Source: Macrostomum lignano (lineage: Eukaryota). Taken from it: a DNA stretch of 64,000 nucleotides. This document shows positions 1 through 11,953 of this stretch, piece after piece. Below the pieces are notes generated by a model. That model ran no database searches, was not told the DNA's origin, and worked only from the letters and a program-made list of their open reading frames with translations. The number at the start of each line of letters is the position of its first letter. Position 1 is the stretch's first letter. The stretch lies in assembly GCA_002269645.1 (NCBI GenBank), contig NIVC01002580.1, forward strand, positions 44,490-108,489, read 5' to 3'. Both the position numbers and the translations under genes were made by a program.

Positions 1-179
1 ATGGCCCAGTTCAAATCCCCTCCGCTGTGCCGCCTGTCTCTCCGCGCTAGAAAGTCAGTTTTTATCCCAATGCTACGGATTTTGTATTCCTTCATTCCTT
101 CTCAATTCTGTTGTTATTTACATATTGCAATACAGCCTTTTGCTTGTACTGCCTGCGGGAAGGATTATGAGGCACTCAC

Positions 180-297
180 CGCTGTAGTGGACACATATGA
201 ACGGGTGTGACAGGGGGTCTTGCTGTTCTGCTAGAAGCTGTGAAGCCTGCGTTTTTTTGAGGAAATCCAGGATTACTGCATTGTGCAGATTACAGTT
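180..297 (-). CDS. Probable internal exon of an unidentified minus-strand gene (NCNLHNAVILDFLKKTQASQLLAEQQDPLSHPFICVHYS)
   Basis: Minus strand has acceptor tcttctgatccag before 297 and a strong donor AGCG|gtgagt after 180; 118 nt open (phase 0 to 1). No family recognised. Confidence 0.5.
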
Positions 298-360
298 CTG
301 GATCAGAAGAGATTAGATCTGTTGGGGAGAAGTGATTAAAAATATAGATAAGAGAGATTA

Positions 361-2305
361 GACTTGTGAATGGGTGACTAGATTTGTGAATGGGTGACTA
401 GATTTGTGAATGGGTGATTAGATTTGTGAATGGGTGATTAGATTTGTGAATGGGTGATTAGATTTGTGAATGGGTGATTAGATTTGTGAATGGGTGACTA
501 GATTTGTGAATGGGTGATTAGATTTTTGAATGGGTGACTAGATTTGTGAATGGGTGGTTAGATTTTTGAATGGGTGATTAGATTTTTGAATGGGTGCCTA
601 GATTTGTGAATGGGTGATTAGATTTGTGAATGGGTGATTAGATTTGTGAATGGGTGATTAGATTTGTGAATGGGTGATTAGATTTGTGAATGGGTGATTA
701 GATTTGTGAATGGGTGATTAGATTTGTGAATGGGTGATTAGATTTGTGAATGGGTGATTAGATTTGTGAATGGGTGATTAGATTTGTGAATGGGTGACTA
801 GATTTGTGAATGGGTGATTAGATTTTTGAATGGGTGACTAGATTTGTGAATGGGTGATTAGATTTTTGAATGGGTGATTAGATTTTTGAATGGGTGCCTA
901 GATTTGTGAATGGGTGATTAGATTTTTGAATGGGTGATTAGATTTTTGAATGGGTGCCTAGATTTGTGAATGGGTGATTAGATTTTTGAATGGGTGATTA
1001 GATTTTTGAATGGGTGCCTAGATTTGTGAATGGGTGATTAGATTTGTGAATGGGTGATTAGATTTGTGAATGGGTGCCTAGATTTGTGAATGGGTGACTA
1101 GATTTTTGAATGGGTGATTAGATTTTTGAATGGGTGCCTAGATTTTTGAATGGGTGATTAGATTTTTGAATGGGTGCCTAGATTTGTGAATGGGTGATTA
1201 GATTTGTGAATGGGTGATTAGATTTGTGAATGGGTGATTAGATTTTTGAATGGGTGACTAGATTTGTGAATGGGTGATTAGATTTTTGAATGGGTGATTA
1301 GATTTGTGAATGGGTGATTAGATTTGTGAATGGGTGATTAGATTTGTGAATGGGTGATTAGATTTGTGAATGGGTGACTAGATTTGTGAATGGGTGATTA
1401 GATTTGTGAATGGGTGACTAGATTTGTGAATGGGTGATTAGATTTGTGAATGGGTGATTAGATTTGTGAATGGGTGACTAGATTTGTGAATGGGTGATTA
1501 GATTTTTGAATGGGTGACTAGATTTGTGAATGGGTGGTTAGATTTTTGAATGGGTGATTAGATTTTTGAATGGGTGCCTAGATTTGTGAATGGGTGATTA
1601 GATTTGTGAATGGGTGATTAGATTTGTGAATGGGTGATTAGATTTGTGAATGGGTGATTAGATTTGTGAATGGGTGATTAGATTTGTGAATGGGTGATTA
1701 GATTTGTGAATGGGTGATTAGATTTGTGAATGGGTGATTAGATTTGTGAATGGGTGATTAGATTTGTGAATGGGTGACTAGATTTGTGAATGGGTGATTA
1801 GATTTTTGAATGGGTGACTAGATTTGTGAATGGGTGATTAGATTTTTGAATGGGTGATTAGATTTTTGAATGGGTGCCTAGATTTGTGAATGGGTGATTA
1901 GATTTTTGAATGGGTGATTAGATTTTTGAATGGGTGCCTAGATTTGTGAATGGGTGATTAGATTTTTGAATGGGTGATTAGATTTTTGAATGGGTGCCTA
2001 GATTTGTGAATGGGTGATTAGATTTGTGAATGGGTGATTAGATTTGTGAATGGGTGCCTAGATTTGTGAATGGGTGACTAGATTTGTTAATGGGTGATTA
2101 GATTTGTGAATGGGTGATTAGATTTGTGAATGGGTGCCTAGATTTGTGAATGGGTGACTAGATTTTTGAATGGGTGATTAGATTTGTGAATGGGTGACTA
2201 GATTTGTTAATGGGTGATTAGATTTGTGAATGGGTGATTAGATTTGTGAATGGGTGCCTAGATTTGTGAATGGGTGATTAGATTTGTGAATGGGTGATTA
2301 GATTT
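361..2305. repeat. 20-bp minisatellite (GATTTGTGAATGGGTGATTA), about 97 copies
   Basis: Directly visible; variants TTTTT/TTGTG and GATTA/GACTA/GCCTA. Confidence 0.98.
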
Positions 2306-2944
2306 CCAGATCATGGAGATTAGATACGTGGATGAGGCAGACTCGAGTTTAGGGAGATAATATATGGAAAATCGTATTTGTTAATTGTGGAGATGTGTGA
2401 CTTAAATAAGGGTTAATATTATATGCATACCTAACTAAATGCATAACCAACTATAATACACCCCCTCATCCGAGATGCATTGTCAGCCTCTCATACTATG
2501 GCAGTTTTGCACAAACATGACAAGCCCTCCAGACTGCCCCCTCCCCGGCCTCTGGGCAGCCTGGCTGATCAATCCATGCGAGCGCTCTCTCTCTCCGATT
2601 GAGGAAGGCCCGGGGACAAGGCATTGTTTAAATGGAGGCCATAAAAATCACCCGGCCTAAACCCACCTCCAATTAAGTGCCAGATGCGCTGCTGGCCTGA
2701 GAGGGGGGTTAAAACCCTGAGCTCATCCCCAATAGATCACCAAATGATGCCTGGCTGCCTGCAATACCATATAACATTGGTAGATATGGTTGACACTGTA
2801 CAGCCACCGATAGCACTCTTGCAGAAACTTAGCACCGGGTGCGACTTGCGCTCCATCTTGACCCCTGAGGGAATTCATAGTCTGGCTTTGAGAGCACTTT
2901 ATTTATTAAATGTTTTTCATTCATACTCCTGACTGTCTGAACTT

Positions 2945-3522
2945 CTGACTCTCTCAACCCCTGACTCTCTCAAACCCTGACTCTCTCAACCCCTGACTCT
3001 CTCAAACCCTGACTCTTTCAACCCCTGACTCTCTCAAACCCTGACTCTCTCAACCTCTGACTCTCTCAAACCCTGACTCTCTCAACCTCTGACTCTCTCA
3101 ACCTCTGACTCTCTCAATCCCTGACTCTCTCAACCCCTGAATCTCTCAATCCCTGACTCTCTCAACCCCTGAATCTCTCAACCTCTGACTCTCTCAACTT
3201 CTGACTCTCTCAACCCCTGACTCTCTCAACCCCTGACTCTCTCAACCCCTGACTCTCTCAACCCCTGACTCTCTCAACCCCTGACTCTCTCAACCCCTGA
3301 CTCTCTCAACCCCTGACTCTCTCAACCCCTGACTCTCTCAACCCCTGACTCTCTCAACCCCTGACTCTCTCAACCCCTGACTCTTCCAACCCCTAAATCT
3401 CTCAACCCATGACTCTTTCAACCCCTGACTCTCTCAACCCCTGACTCTCTCAACCCCTGACTCTTCCAACCCCTGAATCTCTCAACCCATGACTCTTCCA
3501 ACCCTGAATCTCCCAACCCCTG
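2945..3522. repeat. 16-bp minisatellite (GACTCTCTCAACCCCT)
   Basis: Directly visible tandem array, degenerate at both ends. Confidence 0.95.
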
Positions 3523-4079
3523 ATGAAAAAACACGGGGTAATGTACTTGACTCTAAGCTAGCTTACAATGAAGACATCGGGTGAAAACAGTCAAGCAAAC
3601 TCCACTCCAACACCCGCATGTGGTTCGCCAAAAAATTCGAATTACATCAAAATCGACCGCCCACAGATGCTACTGACACATCACCGCCCCATAGTTTGTG
3701 AGGAAAACATTTCGGCAAAAGCATTTTCCCCTATCGTACCATTCAGGCCGCGGGCTTGCTTTTTTCTTCCCTTGTGGAATTGTCAGAAAACCCTCTTTCT
3801 CCTTGAATCTGATACCGCAGAAACACGTGCGGTCTCGGTGGCTGCGGGATGCCTGCCAGGTGCTCGACTATAGCGCGAAATTGGCTCTAGCTATAAGGCT
3901 TATAGAGCCATTTCAGTTAGAAGTACTTTCTGTTCTTAATCTCACTCTCTCAGCTGCACCGTGCACTCACTTATCTCACTCACGTGGTCTCACTTTGAAC
4001 CCGACTTCTCGTGTCTAATTCCGTTTGGTTAATACTGCTTGTGTTTGTCTTACCTGCTGGGGTTCTTGTCTTACAGCGT

Positions 4080-4730
4080 CCCTTATCCTATCTCAGCTGT
4101 GTCCCTTATCCCATCTCTGTGTCCCTTATCGCATCTCTGTGTCCCTGATCCCATCTCTGTGTCCCTTACCCTATCTCTGTGTCCCTTATCCCATCTCCAT
4201 GTCCCTGATCCCATCTCTGTGTCCCTTATCCCATCTCCATGTCCCTGATCCCATCTCCTGTCCATTATCTCATCTCTTATCCCTATTCCAACATCTTATC
4301 TCTCTGTCTCTCATCTTATCTCTCTGTCTCTCATCTTATCTCTCTGTCTCTCATCTTATCTCTCTGTCTCTCATCTTATCTCTCTGTCTCTCATCTTATC
4401 TCTCTGTCTCTCATCTTATCTCTCTGTCTCTCATCTTATCTCTCTGTCTCTCATCTTATCTCTCTGTCTCTCATCTTATCTCTCTGTCTCTCATCTTATC
4501 TCTCTGTCTGTCATCTTATCTCTCTGTCTCTCATCTTATCTCTCTGTCTCTCATCTTATCTCTCTGTCTCTCATCTTATCTCTCTGTCTCTCATCTTATC
4601 TCTCTGTCTCTCATCTTATCTCTCTGTCTCTCATCTTATCTCTCTGTCTCTCATCTTATCTCTCTGTCTCTCATCTTATCTCTCTGTCTCTCATCTTATC
4701 TCTCTGTCGCTCATTTTATCTCTCTGCCCT
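4080..4730. repeat. Two adjacent, related 20-bp pyrimidine-rich minisatellites (GTCCCTTATCCCATCTCTGT, then TCTCTGTCTCTCATCTTATC)
   Basis: Directly visible; explains ORFs 4025..4822, 4039..4248, 4083..4265 and 4239..4763. Confidence 0.95.
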
Positions 4731-4805
4731 TTAACTCATCACTGTCTTTCAAAACCATCTTAGCACCAGGCAAAACCCGATCAAATGCTGCAGTAAGAAA
4801 CTTAC

Positions 4806-4953
4806 CCAGCAGATCAATCTGAGGATCAACCACAGAGTACTTTCTCAATCTGGTGTGCTGCTGCTGCTGCCTCTGGGGTGGAGACTCCGAGCTGTCATTG
4901 TCATCACTGCCGTCTTTCATCACAACTACCGAGCCTTTAGCCGTGGTCATTGC
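4806..4953 (-). CDS. Probable exon of the unidentified minus-strand gene (AMTTAKGSVVVMKDGSDDNDSSESPPQRQQQQHTRLRKYSVVDPQIDLL)
   Basis: Part of ORF 4711..4950; acceptor caatag upstream and donor CTGG|gtaagt at 4806/4805; low-complexity protein-like composition. Confidence 0.5.
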
Positions 4954-5319
4954 CTATTGACTATTGCTTAGCGAACGACTATTTGATGCACTTTTGATAG
5001 GGTTCAGTGGGACTAGCTAGGCACGTTGAGAAGGCAGAGTCCATTCTCTCCGGGATTTTCTAGATTTCTAGATTTCTGGTCCTCTGGACGATGTGGTAGG
5101 GCTAGGGCTGGCCAATCAGCTGGGGTGGCGTGCTGCACCCAATACCCTGCACTGCCGATCTGTGGAACTGCCGCGAGATGCGCTACTGGCATAGCAAAGT
5201 AGTGTGGCTAGAAAATATTCGACTATTCTAATGGAGACAAAACTTCCCGGCTAAAAGTAAACTATGAATACTTCTTCTCATGATCTTAGAGCACCTTGTC
5301 TCTTACCCCTCTGGACACC

Positions 5320-6392
5320 TATCTGGACACTCATCTAAACACCCATCTAGACACATTCTAGACACCCATTAAGACACCAATCTAGACACTATCTAGACAC
5401 CCATTTAGACAACTATCTAGATACGCATCTAAACATCTATATATCTATTTAGACACCCATCTAGACACCCATCTAGACACCCATCTATATGCCAATCAAG
5501 ACATCTATAATCCAGACACCAATGTAGGCACTAATCTAGACACCCATCTAGACACCAATCTAGGCACTAATCTAGACACCCATCTAGACACCCATCTAAA
5601 TGCCAATCAAGACATCTATAATCCAGACACCAATGTAGGCACTAATCTAGACACCCATCTAGACACCAATCTAGGCACTAATCTAGACACCCATCTAGAC
5701 ACCCATCTAGACACCCATCTAGACACTTATCTAGATACCCATCTAGACACCCATCTAGACACCCATCTAGACACCAATCTAGGCACTAATCTAGACACTA
5801 ATCTAGACACCCATCTAGACACCAATCTAGGCACTAATCTAGACACCCATCTAGACACCCATCTAGACACCCATCTAGACACCAATCTAGGCACTAATCT
5901 AGACACCCATCTAGACACCCATCTAGACACCCATCTAGACACCAATCTAGACACCCATCTAGACACCCATCTAGACACCCATCTAGACACTTATATAGAT
6001 ACCCATCTAGACACCCAGACACCCATCTAGACACTTATCTAGATACCCATCTAGACACTCAGACACCCATCTAGACACCCATCTAGACACTTATCTAGAC
6101 ACCCATCTAGACACCCAGACACCCATCTAGACACCCATCTAGACACCCAGACACCCATCTAGACACCCATCTAGACACCCATCTAGACACCCAGACACTC
6201 ATCTAGACACCCATCTAGACACTTATCTAGATACCCATCTAGACACTCAGACACCCATCTAGACACCCATCTAGACACCAATCTAGGCACTAATCTAGAC
6301 ACCCAGACACCCATCTAGACACCCATCTAGACACTTATCTAGATACCCTTCTAGACACCCATCTAGACACCCATCTAGACACCCATCTAGAC
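5320..6392. repeat. 12-bp minisatellite (ATCTAGACACCC)
   Basis: Directly visible; source of the SRWV ORF. Confidence 0.96.
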
Positions 6393-6399
6393 AGCTAGC

Positions 6400-6522
6400 C
6401 GTCTAGAAACATTCAATTATTCTATAGGATTCAAGCAAATCGAGTAAAATTAATGCATTTTCAGTTATATACAAAGTGCTACGAGCTAACATAAGAATAG
6501 ATTGAAGACGAATCTTGATGAC
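6400..6522 (-). CDS. Possible exon (VIKIRLQSILMLARSTLY...) of the unidentified minus-strand gene
   Basis: Strong acceptor ttttttctgtccag before 6522 followed by an open frame; 3' boundary not determined. Confidence 0.25.
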
Positions 6523-7024
6523 CTGGACAGAAAAAAAGTCGCCTAAAAGTCACGAAGGCCAACAGAAATGCTGATGGAAATTCTCTGTGGACTCCATAAG
6601 AATCTCTACAATTCTTAGCGTTTGGTTTCGCAAAATGTACACGCAAATTCGTTTTGTTCATAGCCGACTTTATTAAGATTTCTATACACACCCTGAAACA
6701 GCTGTTATACTGTTGGCAAAACCTGTGCCCCTACCGTACCTAGACAGTCTGTCCACAATGTCTTCTTGTCTTAACCTCTGCGTTTAAATGCTCCTACCAA
6801 AGGCTGTCACTGATGGTTGGGTATGCATTTTCCAGACTCGATTCTGTGATTGATGTATGGCAACACACATTTAGTTGCGTAGGGGTTATTACCCGTTCAT
6901 ACTGACTGCCGGTGATTGATTAGTCATAGGTACCTTTAGCAAGCAGAGGGTATCGGGGTCCTGAAGTCCTACTGAGTCATACATTCTGTAGCGAGAATCA
7001 AGCGAACTGAGTTCTCCGCATCCT

Positions 7025-7975
7025 GAGTCAAGCGCTACTGATCCTGAATCAAGCGCTACTCATCCTGAATCAAGCACCACTGATCCTGAACCAAGCGCTA
7101 CTGATCCTGAACCAAGCGCTACTGATCCTGAATCAAGCACCACTGATCCTGAACCAAGCGCTACTGATCCTGAATCAAGCGCTACTCATCCTGAATCAAG
7201 CACCACTGATCCTGAACCAAGCGCTACTGATCCTGAACCAAGCGCTACTCATCCTGAATCAAGCACCACTGATCCTGAATCAAGGACTACTGATCCCGAA
7301 TCAAGCACCACTGATACTGAATCAAGCGCTACTGATCCCGAATCAAGCGCTACTGATCCTGAACCAAGCATCGCTGATCCTGAACCAAGCGCTACTGATT
7401 CTGAACCAAGCGCTACTGATCCTGAACCAAGCGCTACTGATCCTGAACCAAGCGCTACTGATCCTGAACCAAGCATCGCTGATCCTGAATCAAGCGCTAC
7501 TGATCCTGAATCAAGCGCTACTGATCCTGAATCAAGCGCTACTGATCCTGAACCAAGCATCGCTGATCCTGAACCAAGCATCGCTGATCCTGAATCAAGC
7601 GCTACTGATCCTGAATCAAGCGCTACTGATCCTGAATCAAGCGCTACTGATCCTGAATCAAGCGCTACTGATCCTGAACCAAGCGCTACTGATCCTGAAC
7701 CAAGCGCTACTGATCCTGAACCAAGCGCTACTGATCCTGAACCAAGCGCTACTGATCCTGAACCAAGCGCTACTGATCCTGAATCAAGGACTACTGATCC
7801 CGAATCAAGCGCTACTGATCCCGAATCAAGCACCACAGATACTGAATCAAGCGCTACTGATCCCGAATCAAGCGCTACTGATCCTGAACCAAGCGCTACT
7901 GATCCTGAACCAAGCGCTACTGATCCTGAACCAAGCGCTACTGATCCTGAACCAAGCATCGCTGATCATGAATCA
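7025..7975. repeat. 21-bp minisatellite (AAGCGCTACTGATCCTGAACC)
   Basis: Directly visible; source of the GSGSVAL ORF. Confidence 0.96.
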
Positions 7976-8039
7976 AGCGACCTGAGTTATCCAAATCTTT
8001 AATCAGCTACCCTGTGTCCTAAAGCAAGCACCTATACTT

Positions 8040-8575
8040 TGAGTCAAGCGCTATTTTTCCTGAATCAAACGGTAATTTTTCAGAATCAAGCAACCCGAAT
8101 CGTGAATCAAGCCACCCGAATTCTGAATCAAGCAACCCCGAATCCAGAATCAAGCAACCCGAATCGTGAATCAAGCAACCCCGAATCCAGAATGAAGCAA
8201 CCCCGAATCCAGAATAAAGCAACCCCGAATCCAGAATCAAGCAACCCCGAATCCAGAATCAAGCAACCCGAATCCAGAATCAAGCAACCCCGAATCCAGA
8301 ATCAAGCAACCCGAATCGTGAATCAAGCAACCCCGAATCCAGAATGAAGCAACCCCGAATCCAGAATGAAGCAACCCCGAATCCAGAATCAAGCAACCCG
8401 AATCCAGAATCAAGCAACCCGAATCGTGAATCAAGCAACCCCGAATCCAAAATGAAGCAACCCCGAATCCAGAATCAAGCAACCCCGAATCCAGAATGAA
8501 GCAACCCCGAATCCAGAATGAAGCAACCCCGAATCCAGAATGAAGCAACCCCGAATCCTGAATAAAGCAGCCCTA
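8040..8575. repeat. 21-22-bp minisatellite (AAGCAACCCCGAATCCAGAATC), related to the preceding array
   Basis: Directly visible; shares the GAATCAAGC core with 7025-7975. Confidence 0.93.
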
Positions 8576-9355
8576 ATCCTGATTCAATAGCACTCACGAT
8601 AATCCTTATATTCAAACTTCTGCTTTTCCTCGTGATCTGCTGTCATGATTGATTTTCGTAATCACTTGCGATTGCACGCTTCTAATCTCAGAGTGGGAAA
8701 AATTTGGTAGAAACGGAAGAGCGGTGAAGAGCGATAGAAATCAATGTGGTTCCGCTTAAAACCATATCTGGTAAAAATATGCCACACGGAGCATAGGGTC
8801 ACCAGCTCTCGATTCTGATTGGCTGCCAGAATACTGCAGTACCGCACAGACCAGTGCCGCCCACCCACCCCCAGATATATGGTGTTCGAATAGGGAATAT
8901 GTGTAAATATGCTTGTGTGTGTATGTTATACTGTACCCCTCCCAACCTAGATCGGACAAATTTTTATTCCCCATTTTCCCCATCTGGGGTAGGAAAGAGC
9001 TACTGCATGGGTAGCGGGAAAGTCAGGAATATGTTGTTGATGCTGGCGGCACTTTACAGTTGTGCAGACTGACCGAGGTAAAAATATCGAGGAGGGGGGG
9101 CCTTGGCGTGTGTAGTTCTTACGCGCGCGTGCGTGGACTTCTAAAAATATTAGACATCCGGATTGGATTGCTCAATGTTAAGCGCATCCGAGTCTCGCAC
9201 AACAACCATTGGTTGGGCCTCATTATTTTGCACGCCTGTAGTTGCTCAGAAGTCAGCGGAATGGGCGGTCCTCGCAGCACTCCAGCAAGTATTTATCTTT
9301 TAGAGCAATACTGGAAACATTAATTGCTTATAGTTCTTTGAAAGACCCGCCTAAA

Positions 9356-9784
9356 TCAAGTGGTGGCGGCTGCGTTTGATTTTTTGTTTCCTATCCAGAC
9401 GCATCGATTCTGAACTCCATGCGGGGCACGGGATCGCGGTGGAGGAGGGTTAAAAATTCCACGAAATCGGATACAGAGGGGCGGTTTCTCTCTGATGACT
9501 AATTGGCGCTTTGCCTCTTCCTCGCGTTCCGTCTCGATCGCTTCCCTCCGGATTGAAATGCGGTGTTGCAATTTTGTTATAAATTTGGCCTCGGGATGGG
9601 CCGCTGCGTCAGTCACTGCATTGGACTGCAGCTCCGGCTGCGGTGGCTCGTATTTTTTGGAAACGAGCTGGAGTGGGGTTTGTCCGCCTGGGCACTTCTG
9701 TAAGGGTTGCATGCGTTTTGACAAAATCCAGACAGTCCCGTCTGGGTTTGCAAATTGCCATCTGCTGCGCGAATGCACCGTCAC
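9356..9784 (-). CDS. Probable coding exon(s) of an uncharacterised protein
   Basis: 142-aa non-repetitive ORF with a charged helical segment ([16 protein letters not shown]) and candidate acceptors near 9790-9805. An overlapping minus frame is also open, so frame and ends are uncertain. Confidence 0.4.
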   Translation of the reverse strand: MTVHSRSRWQFANPDGTVWILSKRMQPLQKCPGGQTPLQLVSKKYEPPQPELQSNAVTDAAAHPEAKFITKLQHRISIRREAIETEREEEAKRQLVIREKPPLCIRFRGIFNPPPPRSRAPHGVQNRCVWIGNKKSNAAATT

Positions 9785-9834
9785 TGCGGATTTCTGATTT
9801 TATCCTGCATCCCACTGCAGGACTGGGGGCGGAT

Positions 9835-10067
<233 letters not shown>

Positions 10068-10509
10068 ACCAAAGGTCGAATGCACAGGCACAGAAAGGGG
10101 ACGCAGCGCACAGCTTTGCCATTCCTAATCCTATACAACCGATCCAGCAGACAAAAGGCAGAGCAATGTTTACGTTAGCCCTGGCTATAGTAGGCAACCC
10201 TAAAGCTACGAAACTATTTACTGGCTAAAAAGAGATCCAGCAGATCGCTCTTATTTCTGTTTCGTTACAGATTATATAGGTTCCTTAATTTTGATTGACA
10301 GCCGGGAGACGGACAGGGGGAATGATTTGGTAAGAGCGGACTTCCTACCAAAGTCAAGGGACAGTTGATCGGGAGCTATTCAATATTTTCTTTATAAATA
10401 AGCGTAATACTGTGCATAATTTACGAACTTAGTACAGTATCCCAATGAAAACTGTAGTGCAACTGTAGTACTGTAGTGTAGTGATAGAACAGGGCGCCAC
10501 TGCGCCAGC

Positions 10510-11164
10510 AACAGGGGCGCCAGCACCAGGGGCGCCAGCACCAGGGGCGCCAGCACCAGGGGCGCCAGCACCAGGGGCGCCAGCACCAGGGGCGCCAGCA
10601 CCAGGGGCGCCAGCACCAGGGGCGCCAGCACCAGGGGCGCCAGCACCAGGGGCGCCAGCACCAGGGGCGCCAGCACCAGGGGCGCCAGCACCAGGGGCGC
10701 CAGCACCAGGGGCGCCAGCACCAGGGGCGCCAGCACCAGGGGCGCCAGCACCAGGGGCGCCAGCACCAGGGGCGCCAGCACCAGGGGCGCCAGCACCAGG
10801 GGCGCCAGCACCAGGGGCGCCAGCACCAAGGGGCGCCAGCACCAGGGGCGCCAGCACCAGGGGCGCCAGCACCAGGGGCGCCAGCACCAGGGGCGCCAGC
10901 ACCAGGGGCGCCAGCACCAGGGGCGCCAGCACCAGGGGCGCCAGCACCAGGGGCGCCAGCACCAGGGGCGCCAGCACCAGGGGCGCCAGCACCAGGGGCG
11001 CCAGCACCAGGGGCGCCAGCACCAGGGGCGCCAGCACCAGGGGCGCCAGCACCAGGGGCGCCAGCACCAGGGGCGCCAGCACCAGGGGCGCCAGCACCAG
11101 GGGCGCCAGCACCAGGGGCGCCAGCACCAGGGGCGCCAGCACCAGGGGCGCCAGCACCAGGGGC
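10510..11164. repeat. Near-perfect 15-bp GC-rich minisatellite (CAGGGGCGCCAGCAC), about 44 copies
   Basis: Directly visible; a single A insertion near 10829 shifts all the repeat ORFs. Confidence 0.98.
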
Positions 11165-11953
11165 CTGAGACATACAACGGGCGCGAAAGCTATCTAAAAA
11201 CTGTACATAGTTTTACCAGCCGATTAGGGCAGGCAGCCTGGTTGGCCCCTTGCCTACGCCCTTTGGAACAATTGTTAATAAAATTTCATTGAAAAACAAA
11301 AACTAGGTCAGTAAACTCAAGTAGCTTCAGACTTGTCTTTGGTTATAAAACCCGTTTTTAAACGCGTTTCTTTTGAATAATATAGAAAAATTGTCCAAAT
11401 TCAAACGACCTTCAAACTGGAATGCTTGCTTGCAGTGGGCAGTAAAGAAGAGAGCAATAGTTCTAAAGCACGTTCTAACTAAAGCGATATTATTGAAGTC
11501 CGGGCATACCCCTAGACCCCCATCCCCACTCATTCCACCGCCGCACCCACCCAGCCTTTCAAAGCTTTTTACAAACCAACCCCACACTGATAGCGCGTCG
11601 TGCCGGGCCAGAATACAGACACGAACGTACATTCCTGCCCCGCAAATGTACATTCAATCTTTATAGCCAGTTTATGTGTAGGGGGAGAGACGAAATGGAG
11701 GAGCCGAATGGGCGTGGGCGTTACGTAAGACTGCAAAGCTTCGCTCGCTCACCCGTGGCAGGTTGGATATTTTCTATTATAAAATCTACCGACCTCTTCC
11801 AAAGCTTTGCCCACTATAGGGCAATACTAGATGTGAGAGCCGTCAGTTCCAGAGCGGGCTTGTCCCGTCCGATATTGCTTGCTTTGGCGAATTAAGACGC
11901 AGATTATTGTTAGCAGTTATCGCTAAATAATATACTGTTTAAGAATTAATCCA

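Noticed and set aside
2500-2570. LINE endonuclease-like motif RPGRGQSGGLVMFV on the minus strand
   Set aside because: No other APE motifs (GDFN, SDH) or RT found, stops lie on both sides, and nearby segments look like host exons.
10392-11197. Elastin/collagen-like PGAPA ORFs
   Set aside because: Open in several frames on both strands because the 15-bp unit lacks stops; no splice or start context; a frameshift mid-array.
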